A DNA stretch of 11,770 nucleotides. Origin: an uncultured Methanosarcinales archaeon. Its GTDB lineage: Archaea > Nanobdellota > Nanobdellia > Woesearchaeales > JAGVZT01. The notes under the pieces were generated by a model, which saw nothing but the letters and a program-made list of their open reading frames with translations, had not been told where the DNA came from and did not search any database. Where the stretch lies: NCBI GenBank assembly GCA_964419615.1, contig CAYQPU010000026.1:1-11770 (forward strand). Reading direction: 5' to 3'. This document shows positions 1 to 6,551 of the stretch, piece by piece (position 1 is the stretch's first letter; each line of letters begins with the position of its first letter). The translations under genes were made by a program, and so were the position numbers.

Positions 1-7
1 ATTAACT

Positions 8-646
8 TTACTTTTCAGAATGTAGCAATTCACACATTCTTATAAAAAGTTCTTGGTATCTATCTGCTTCACTTGTTGTTTCATTTTTTAGATCTTGCAT
101 CCAATCCAAACTGCCTAAATCATCACTTAGTTGTTGGTATCTTTTTCTGTGCCTTTTTTTGACATTTAGATTATCAATTCTATTTAACTCCTCAATAACT
201 TCTGCGTCTTTACACTCATCCCCAGAAAGATATGTAAGAATAAGCTCGCTTTTTTGCTTCTCATCCAGCTTCAAGTTTAAGAAGATTCTTTCCCTTAACT
301 GGTCAGAAATACTTTCTCTTCTAAATCCTGTCGTTCTTACATGATAATAACTTGTTTCTCTAAATTCATCATCAATAGCCCTTGCCATACCCAGCCAATG
401 AGCATAAATATTCCTGAATTGGTCAAATAAATAGTTATTAACATCATCTGGAGTAGTGTCCATATTCTTTTGAATTAACTCAACTAAACTATCCAATTGA
501 TGTTTAATCTTATACCAATTGTTATCTAAAGTAGGATCCAAATTTTCAACATAGTGTCTGTGCCATCTACCTACTTCACATTCAAGATTAGTTAATTCAC
601 TTCCAAGTCCAGCACGAATTGGTCGTGGCCAATGAGTCCCAGGCAT
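8..646 (-). CDS. Hypothetical protein, 212 aa
   Basis: Long open frame ending in TAA, with an AT-rich TATA-like stretch (TTAAATAT, 672..665) shortly upstream of the ATG. Acidic, probably helical protein with one basic patch (KKRHRKR). No motif recognised. Confidence 0.7.
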   Translation of the reverse strand: MPGTHWPRPIRAGLGSELTNLECEVGRWHRHYVENLDPTLDNNWYKIKHQLDSLVELIQKNMDTTPDDVNNYLFDQFRNIYAHWLGMARAIDDEFRETSYYHVRTTGFRRESISDQLRERIFLNLKLDEKQKSELILTYLSGDECKDAEVIEELNRIDNLNVKKRHRKRYQQLSDDLGSLDWMQDLKNETTSEADRYQELFIRMCELLHSEK

Positions 647-718
647 AATTATGGAAATTCATTATATTTAATAAGAATTATTCAAAAAAATTCCTTAAAT
701 TAAGTAAAAAGCTATTCT

Positions 719-1792
719 TTACCAAGGAATCATCGATCCATATCTCCCATTATTTACTTCCTTAAATTGCCTACTATTTGGATAAGTTTTTGGACCCAAA
801 GAACCAATAGCTTCCCAAGCTCTTCTGACTCCCAATTGGATAGCCTTAACTGGATCTTGTTCAAATGTTAAATATTCCAAAACCCCTGCAGCAAGTGCAT
901 CACCAGCCCCATTAAGATTTGTTAAAGGATTTGGAGGAATTGCTTTTGCAGTATAATGACCACTATGATCAGCAATCATTGCACCTTTATCTGCAAGCTT
1001 TAGAACAGCAACCTCACAATCAGCTAATAATATCTTTGCAGCCTCAATTCTATGTTGAGTATCATTATAAATATCAAGATCATGCTTATGTCTCATCTCT
1101 TCAACATTTGCCAGAATCATATAAACACGCTTTTTAAGAATCTGATTAAGTAATTCAGCACCTATATCTAGATGATACTCAGATGAGAAGTCTGTCACAA
1201 TATTACCCAGATCTGGATCATTATCATTTATCTTTCTTGCTTGCTCAACTATTGCCCATGTAACTTCTGGACTATCTGCAATCTTATATTGAGTTAGCAC
1301 AACATGACTTGATTGTTCTAGTAAACTAACTGGAATATCAGCTGGCTCTAAAGCAACAGTTGCACCGAGATCAACAGCGAAAGTCCTATCTTCATTCCAA
1401 TCATGCAGTAAAGTAAAGATCTCGCATGATTTGTACCCTTCCACTCTTTTTAAGCACCTGACAACACCATAATCTGATAAATCACTAATAATGCCATCAC
1501 CAATCTCATCAGGTAGACCCAGTTCTCCTCCAATTCCTGCAAACAATGCTGATGGCACTCCTGCTTTGGCTAACACACTAACAATATTAGGTCCTGAACC
1601 TCCAAAAAATGTTTCGCATTCTAGTTCCCCAGACTCAATCTTGCCATTAAGATATTTCTTTGTTCTCTCAAAAGAACCTTCTGCGGTATTAGAATCTGCC
1701 TCAAGTAGCTGTAATTCATCAAAAACCCTTTTTGGAACATTTTTAACAGTATGCTCAAGCATAGGGTTTCCAAAATTAAATACATAAGTCAT
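719..1792 (-). CDS. PfkB/ribokinase-family kinase, adenosine/inosine-guanosine (nucleoside) kinase-like, 357 aa
   Basis: N-terminal FGNPML (cf. GNPLLD of adenosine kinases), GGSGPN (PfkB signature 1 region), RTFA lid strand, and C-terminal NLNGAGDALAAG anion-hole motif (cf. DTxGAGDxF). The substrate is inferred. Confidence 0.88.
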   Translation of the reverse strand: MTYVFNFGNPMLEHTVKNVPKRVFDELQLLEADSNTAEGSFERTKKYLNGKIESGELECETFFGGSGPNIVSVLAKAGVPSALFAGIGGELGLPDEIGDGIISDLSDYGVVRCLKRVEGYKSCEIFTLLHDWNEDRTFAVDLGATVALEPADIPVSLLEQSSHVVLTQYKIADSPEVTWAIVEQARKINDNDPDLGNIVTDFSSEYHLDIGAELLNQILKKRVYMILANVEEMRHKHDLDIYNDTQHRIEAAKILLADCEVAVLKLADKGAMIADHSGHYTAKAIPPNPLTNLNGAGDALAAGVLEYLTFEQDPVKAIQLGVRRAWEAIGSLGPKTYPNSRQFKEVNNGRYGSMIPW

Positions 1793-1860
1793 TTTATTAC
1801 AAAAATGAACAACTCATATTCATATATAATATTTACTATTTTTAAGTATACACATACGGA

Positions 1861-1977
1861 TTATTTTGTTAATCCATACTTATCTTCAAAGTCTTTGACT
1901 TTGAAAAACTTACCTTTTCGGATCTTATCTAGCTTTTCCAGGTAGTTCTTTTTGGCTGTGGGTTCTTCAATTACCAA
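1861..1977 (-). CDS. Small 38-aa basic protein (MVIEEPTAKKNYLEKLDKIRKGKFFKVKDFEDKYGLTK), possibly antitoxin-like
   Basis: This is the 3' part of track ORF 1861..2073, whose 5' part overlaps the tRNA. There is an in-frame TTG at 1977..1975 preceded by AGGAAG and a TATATTAA box. It resembles the C-terminal half of small archaeal DUF2683-type proteins (from memory, not searched). Confidence 0.45.
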   Translation of the reverse strand: MVIEEPTAKKNYLEKLDKIRKGKFFKVKDFEDKYGLTK

Positions 1978-2036
1978 AGATCTTCCTAAACCATTAATAT
2001 ATTCTTTAATACTGATTTTCCAATTCTTCTTATTAG

Positions 2037-2041
2037 AAAAA
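2037..2041 (-). terminator. Oligo-T tract directly after the tRNA discriminator base
   Basis: The minus strand reads ...GGGGCA-TTTTT-CT, typical of archaeal intrinsic termination. Confidence 0.5.
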
Positions 2042-2055
2042 TGCCCCGTCCGGGA

Positions 2056-2085
2056 CTTTCGATAAAACAACAAATGTTGTGTTTG
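2056..2085 (-). other. tRNA intron 3, 30 nt, T-loop position 59/60
   Basis: BHB: central helix TTCG(54-57)/CGAA, 3-nt bulges AA|C and AG|T, with the T stem as outer helix. The interior contains the hairpin CAAC-ATTT-GTTG. Confidence 0.9.
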
Positions 2086-2106
2086 TTCGAACCCAGGTCG
2101 TCGCCT

Positions 2107-2123
2107 TTCTCCAATCTTAAACT
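2107..2123 (-). other. tRNA intron 2, 17 nt, canonical position 37/38
   Basis: Sequence AGTTTAAGATTGGAGAA. Central helix CTCT(32-35)/GGAG, 3' bulge AA|A38. The intron-side helix is weak, so the motif is a relaxed bulge-helix-loop. Confidence 0.9.
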
Positions 2124-2143
2124 CGAGAGGGCGAAATGATTAG

Positions 2144-2316
2144 TTGCCCGATCTTTTACTAAACTCAACCTAAAATAGTGACTGGTTTGTCACGTGTCGT
2201 GGCTATCTAGTATAAAATATAGGCCACGTCAAGGGACTGCAAGTCCCTTATGTTTTGGTCGACCTTTTTTTAAAAGGTCGTTTTGGTCGAGCTTTTGCGC
2301 TGCGCGGAAAAGATCG
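2144..2316 (-). other. tRNA intron 1, 173 nt, D-loop position 19/20
   Basis: Strict BHB: central helix GTCC(15-17a)/GGGC, bulges GG|C and AA|C. The intron-side helix is GATCTTTT/AAAAGATC (8 bp) and the exon-side helix is TA/TA. Confidence 0.9.
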
Positions 2317-2361
2317 CCGGACTACACCAACGGGGCATACTCCCAAAGAAGCAGATCGTCC

Positions 2362-2376
2362 TTTTTAAAGTTTATC
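2362..2376 (-). promoter_or_regulatory. BRE-TATA promoter of the tRNA gene
   Basis: The minus strand reads GATAAAC-TTTAAAAA, with the TATA 5' end 33 nt upstream of tRNA nucleotide 1. Confidence 0.65.
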
Positions 2377-2391
2377 ATAATTACATGAACT

Positions 2392-2937
2392 CTATGGACA
2401 ATGGCAGCAACAGTCTCCTTGTACAATAGGTGCTTTCTCATTCCTAAGTCCCAGAACATATTGAGTGTGATACATACTATTCATCAAAAACATTGATAAA
2501 AACTCTTGATTACTCCTACTTTTAAATTCTGATCTAATCAATAATTTGCTTCTACAATCAAGTATGGCAATATCATAAAACCCTGATTTTTTAAAACAAG
2601 ATGCACCCCACCTAAGTTCAGATAGATTAATCTCTGTTTCCAAAAAACCGTCTCCTTCGTGATTTGTAAACCTAATATGTACTTGTTCAACATCTTTTGG
2701 AGGCTTGTGTGAAACATAATCCGTAAAAATCTTATAATCCGCAATTGGATATGGTAATCTCTCATTATCATCTCCCATAATAACATACTGTATACTATTC
2801 CATGCAGTACAAGCAGAAAGAGTTTCTGAACCGTTAAACTCTTCTAGTTTCCTTAGAATCATTGCTATGTTAGAACCCAGAAAGTTGTAAGAATAATTCA
2901 ATGCACTTATTAGATCTAAGTAATCAGAATTATTCAT
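2392..2937 (-). CDS. Hypothetical protein, 181 aa, C-terminal CCCHCP tail
   Basis: Open frame 15 nt downstream of the 2953..3735 gene on the same strand, so probably co-transcribed. No family recognised. Confidence 0.7.
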   Translation of the reverse strand: MNNSDYLDLISALNYSYNFLGSNIAMILRKLEEFNGSETLSACTAWNSIQYVIMGDDNERLPYPIADYKIFTDYVSHKPPKDVEQVHIRFTNHEGDGFLETEINLSELRWGASCFKKSGFYDIAILDCRSKLLIRSEFKSRSNQEFLSMFLMNSMYHTQYVLGLRNEKAPIVQGDCCCHCP

Positions 2938-2952
2938 TTTTCATAAACATTT

Positions 2953-3735
2953 CTATGCTGGTGTTTCTTCTCTTTCATAAATATCAGCAGCTTGCACAAC
3001 TAACTCAACTGATGCAATTGCCATTCCATAATATTGTTCTGCTACAAAAAGCAGTTCTAGTGGTTTAAGTTGGTAGAATTCATCAGCTTGGAAAACTCTT
3101 GGAACTAAAAAAATATCATTTGATGCAGCAACAAACAAACCTTCATTTGCAGCATATTCTAAAAACCTTCTTGCCTCAGTTTTTTCCATGGCTTCTGGAA
3201 TATATTCAGCGAGAAGTAACTTGGTTGTGACCTTCTGATCACCAGGTCTGTTCATTATGTATGTCAGATTATCTGGTGTTAGTGGAAACAAATGGAATTC
3301 ACTACTAGTCATAATGTCATTAGCTTTTATTTCTATGGGTGCTAGAACCTGATCCAAGAACTGTGGAAACATTTCAGTACTTTTTAAAATCAGGAACATA
3401 AGCATATCATAACCTAGTTCTTCGATTTTGTGCTCAGCTAATCCTTCCTTTACACAGGCAGAAATCACAAAATCTGCTTCTTTTAATGCTTGATATCTCT
3501 GTTGAGAATTATCTCTAAATGAAACATCTCCAACAACAGCTTCAATCATATCAGTATCTCTTTGTGTGCCCATTGCAGAAATAAAATCTCCAAAATTACC
3601 TAAGGGGTAAAGTAAAAAATCAAATTGAGTGTAAATTTCGAAAATCTCTTGAATTTGAGGTATTAGTCCTTGATTCTTTTCAGAAAAATGTTCCTTCATT
3701 AAGTCAAATAATCTTGTTTGTAGTTTTGCTGGCAT
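2953..3735 (-). CDS. Hypothetical acidic protein, 260 aa
   Basis: Long open frame with an AAGGAG SD about 9 nt upstream of the ATG. No motif recognised. Confidence 0.75.
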   Translation of the reverse strand: MPAKLQTRLFDLMKEHFSEKNQGLIPQIQEIFEIYTQFDFLLYPLGNFGDFISAMGTQRDTDMIEAVVGDVSFRDNSQQRYQALKEADFVISACVKEGLAEHKIEELGYDMLMFLILKSTEMFPQFLDQVLAPIEIKANDIMTSSEFHLFPLTPDNLTYIMNRPGDQKVTTKLLLAEYIPEAMEKTEARRFLEYAANEGLFVAASNDIFLVPRVFQADEFYQLKPLELLFVAEQYYGMAIASVELVVQAADIYEREETPA

Positions 3736-3846
3736 GTTTATCGACTCCTTGCTTTTATATTATAACTTGAGGAAGTGAAAATCATATTTATACCTTTCTC
3801 TTTTAACCACTCTAGCATAATAAAGAAAATAAGAATAAAATTACAT

Positions 3847-3863
3847 GAAAACAATTATATATA
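3847..3863 (+). promoter_or_regulatory. BRE-TATA promoter, probably leaderless transcript of the glycosyltransferase
   Basis: GAAAACAA-TTATATATA, with the TATA start 29 nt before ATG 3884 and no SD in between. Confidence 0.55.
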
Positions 3864-3883
3864 CCTAATTAAACCAATGCATA

Positions 3884-4648
3884 ATGGAGATTTGTGTTGT
3901 GATCCCTTGCTTAAACGAAGAAAAATACATAGGAACAATTCTTAATGATCTAAAAAATCAAACCAAAAAACCGAATAAAGTAATTATTGCAGATGCTGAT
4001 TCAAGTGATAACACAAAAAAAGTAATCACTTCATTCAAAAAAGATCTTAAAATAAAACTAATCAAAGGAGATATGCCGTGGACCAGCAGAAACAGAGGTG
4101 CCAGACTCAGCAGTAAAAACGCATTAGTCTTCTTTTTTGATGCAGATGTTTCTATTGACAAAGATTTTATCGAAAATGCTATCAAGGAAATGCAAAACAA
4201 AAAGTTAGATGGATCCACTTGTCATAACCTTCCGTTTTATAGAAAATGGGAAAAAGGGTACAAAAATAAATTTTTCAGATCTGTTGATTCATTCTACTAT
4301 TTTATGCACAATCTTGGGTTGGACTTTTTAGCATTTTTCAAATTTCCAGTAGCAACAGGCACATGTATAATCTCAACTAGAAAAGCATTTGATAAAGCAG
4401 AAGGTTTTCCAGAACACATGACAGCGTTTGAGGATTCTGAATTTGCTAGAAGAGTTTCAAAAAATGACAAATTTGGCATATTAAAGTCAGTAAAGGTTAA
4501 AGTCTCAACAAGGCGATTTGATAGTAAAGGTAGATTCGTATTCCAGCTTAAACTACTTTTATATGCTGTACTATTCCCATTGTTTAATATTAACAAACAA
4601 ATGCAGTATTTTGACAAAAGGAAAAAAAGAAAGAAAAAATCAAAATAA
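3884..4648 (+). CDS. Glycosyltransferase family 2, 254 aa
   Basis: VVIPCLNEE N-terminus, DADSSDNT, SRNRGA, FFDAD (DxD motif) and FED catalytic region. Lys-rich C-terminal tail. Confidence 0.92.
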   Translation: MEICVVIPCLNEEKYIGTILNDLKNQTKKPNKVIIADADSSDNTKKVITSFKKDLKIKLIKGDMPWTSRNRGARLSSKNALVFFFDADVSIDKDFIENAIKEMQNKKLDGSTCHNLPFYRKWEKGYKNKFFRSVDSFYYFMHNLGLDFLAFFKFPVATGTCIISTRKAFDKAEGFPEHMTAFEDSEFARRVSKNDKFGILKSVKVKVSTRRFDSKGRFVFQLKLLLYAVLFPLFNINKQMQYFDKRKKRKKKSK

Positions 4649-4649
4649 C

Positions 4650-6539
4650 ATGAAATACAAAGGATTCACATTAGACCCTTTTCAAGAAGAATCAATAAAA
4701 TCAATAGATAATAATCATTCTGTTGTTGTATCAGCACCTACTGGTTCTGGAAAAACACTAATTGCAGATTATATTATTGGTAAGTATTTAAATAAAGGAC
4801 TTAGGGTAATCTACACAGCACCAATCAAAGCATTGTCAAATCAAAAGTACAAAGAATTCTGTGCAGACTTTGGTAAAGATAACATCGGTCTGTTAACCGG
4901 AGATATTGTTATTAACTCACAAGCTCCAATCTTAATCATGACCACCGAAATCTACAGAAATATGGCAATATCTAATGATAAGGTCGTGGATAAAGTTAGC
5001 TATGTTGTTTTTGATGAAATTCACTTTATTAATGACTATGAAAGAGGATACGTCTGGGAAGAATCAATAATATTTTCAAAATCACATGTTAGATTTTTGT
5101 GTTTATCTGCAACGATCCCAAACTCAAAACAATTTGCTGACTGGATAATGGAAATAAAAAAGCACCAAGTGGATGTAGTTATCAACACAAAAAGAAATGT
5201 TCCATTATACAGATACTTTTACACAAACGAACTTGGAATCTCAAACCTACAAAAAGTCAAAGAAGTAATGGAAATACCTCGAAGAAGAGCAAAGAAAAAA
5301 CATAGAATAATTTCCCCTTCTCATATTGAACTTGTAAAAGAAATTAAAGACAAGCTACCTTGTTTATTTTTCAACTTCTCTAGGAAGAGATGTCAAGAAT
5401 CAGCACTAGAACTATCTAAATCTAGAGTCTTTCAGACTAATCCTCAAATAAGTAAGCTTGTAAGAGAAAAATTATCCCAGGCAACTCCAGAAATAAGAAG
5501 ACTTAAATCAACAGGTCTATTAAGAAGCGCACTAAACTATGGAATTGCTTTTCATCATGCAGGGCTATTACCAATAATAAAAGAACTGGTTGAAGATCTA
5601 TTCTCAAAAGGACTAATCAAAGTCTTATATACCACAGAAACATTCGCAGTTGGAATAAACATGCCCGCCAAAACAGTCTGCTTTGAATCTTTAAGAAAAT
5701 ATGATGGAAGATCATTTCGACTACTAAATTCAAAAGAATACTTTCAAATAGCTGGAAGAGCAGGTAGGCGAGGAATTGATGACAAAGGTTTTGCAATTGC
5801 AATGATTGACAGGCGTGATTTTAGCTATCCAAAATACAAAAAAATAACAGATAAAGACATGGATCCAATTAAATCACAATTTAGATTGTCAGTTAACACT
5901 GTTCTAAACTTAGTTGATCAACACTCAAAAAAAGATATTGACATAATCCTAGGAATGAACTTTCACAACTACCAAGAATACGGCAAAGAGTACAAAAAAA
6001 GAAGAGGCGTTGCGTATCTAAGATTTCACAACATAAGCAAAAAATTAAAAAGATTAGGTTACATAGAAGAAGACTCACTAACAGAAAAAGGGAAATTTGC
6101 ATCAAAAATATATTCTGATGAAATCCTAACTGGAGAAATCTTTGCAACTGACTTTTTCCGTCAATTCAATGATTATCAACTAATGCTAATTCTTGCTTCA
6201 ATAATTTACGAACCAAGAGAAAAAAACATGTTCTACAAAAAATTCAAATCAGGTGATCTCAGTGATCTGCAAAGAGCAGTTAATACACTCGGGAGCAATA
6301 AATTTAGATCTTTGTACTATCTAACTGCACTTGTAAGTCCATGTTACAATGGCTACTCGTTGTTTGATATCCTTGACAACACTAACCTTTTGGAAGGAGA
6401 TGTAATTAGATTCTTTAGGCAAATTCTTGACAGAATTGGTCAAATACTGAATGCAACCACAGACCAAGATCTAATTGATAAAATGTATAACTGCCAACAT
6501 ATTGTGCACAAATGCATTGAAGATGTAAACGCAATATAG
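4650..6539 (+). CDS. Ski2-like (Mtr4/Ski2/HelY-type) SF2 DExH helicase with DSHCT-like C-terminus, 629 aa
   Basis: Q motif LDPFQ, APTGSGKT (I), YTAPIKALSNQKY (Ia), DEIH (II), SAT (III), FHHAGL, TETFAVGINMPA (V), QIAGRAGRRG (VI) and C-terminal LLEGDVIRFFRQILD. The start was moved to ATG 4650, 1 nt after the GT2 stop, because the track's 4518 extension overlaps the GT2 gene. Confidence 0.93.
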   Translation: MKYKGFTLDPFQEESIKSIDNNHSVVVSAPTGSGKTLIADYIIGKYLNKGLRVIYTAPIKALSNQKYKEFCADFGKDNIGLLTGDIVINSQAPILIMTTEIYRNMAISNDKVVDKVSYVVFDEIHFINDYERGYVWEESIIFSKSHVRFLCLSATIPNSKQFADWIMEIKKHQVDVVINTKRNVPLYRYFYTNELGISNLQKVKEVMEIPRRRAKKKHRIISPSHIELVKEIKDKLPCLFFNFSRKRCQESALELSKSRVFQTNPQISKLVREKLSQATPEIRRLKSTGLLRSALNYGIAFHHAGLLPIIKELVEDLFSKGLIKVLYTTETFAVGINMPAKTVCFESLRKYDGRSFRLLNSKEYFQIAGRAGRRGIDDKGFAIAMIDRRDFSYPKYKKITDKDMDPIKSQFRLSVNTVLNLVDQHSKKDIDIILGMNFHNYQEYGKEYKKRRGVAYLRFHNISKKLKRLGYIEEDSLTEKGKFASKIYSDEILTGEIFATDFFRQFNDYQLMLILASIIYEPREKNMFYKKFKSGDLSDLQRAVNTLGSNKFRSLYYLTALVSPCYNGYSLFDILDNTNLLEGDVIRFFRQILDRIGQILNATTDQDLIDKMYNCQHIVHKCIEDVNAI

Positions 6540-6551
6540 AAGCAAGCAACT

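Larger units (their letters stand above)
2042..2336 (-). tRNA. tRNA-Glu(CTC) with three introns; CCA not encoded
   Basis: Exons 2336-2317, 2143-2124, 2106-2086 and 2055-2042 join to 75 nt: GCCCCGTTGGTGTAGTCCGGCTAATCATTTCGCCCTCTCGAGGCGACGACCTGGGTTCGAATCCCGGACGGGGCA. Acceptor stem GCCCCGT/ACGGGGC (7/7), anticodon stem TCGCC/GGCGA with loop CT-CTC-GA, T stem CTGGG/CCCGG with loop TTCGAAT. The D arm GTGT-AGTCCGGCTAA-TCAT is typical of archaeal tRNA-Glu. Confidence 0.95.

Noticed and set aside
2252-2290. CRISPR-like repeat
   Set aside because: There are only two 11-nt copies with a 17-nt gap, they lie inside a tRNA intron, and no cas genes are present.
2144-2316. C/D-box guide, nested BHB intron or homing endonuclease ORF inside intron 1
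   Set aside because: There are no RUGAUGA or CUGA boxes. The 3-nt AGT bulge (2160-2158) lacks a matching 4-bp central helix. The intron is too short for an endonuclease.
1986-2388. Track ORFs 1986..2168 (-), 2194..2388 (+) and the 5' part of 1861..2073 (-)
   Set aside because: They overlap the tRNA exons and its GC-richer structured intron, and their translations are not protein-like.
1-3735. Integrated island at the tRNA (orphan genes, different codon endings)
   Set aside because: I saw no integrase and no duplicated tRNA end (att site). T-ending codons also occur in the minus-strand doxX, so strand compositional skew explains the difference.
4518-4649. 44-aa N-terminal extension of the helicase
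   Set aside because: It lies inside the GT2 gene. The helicase-like sequence begins at ATG 4650, directly after the GT2 stop.
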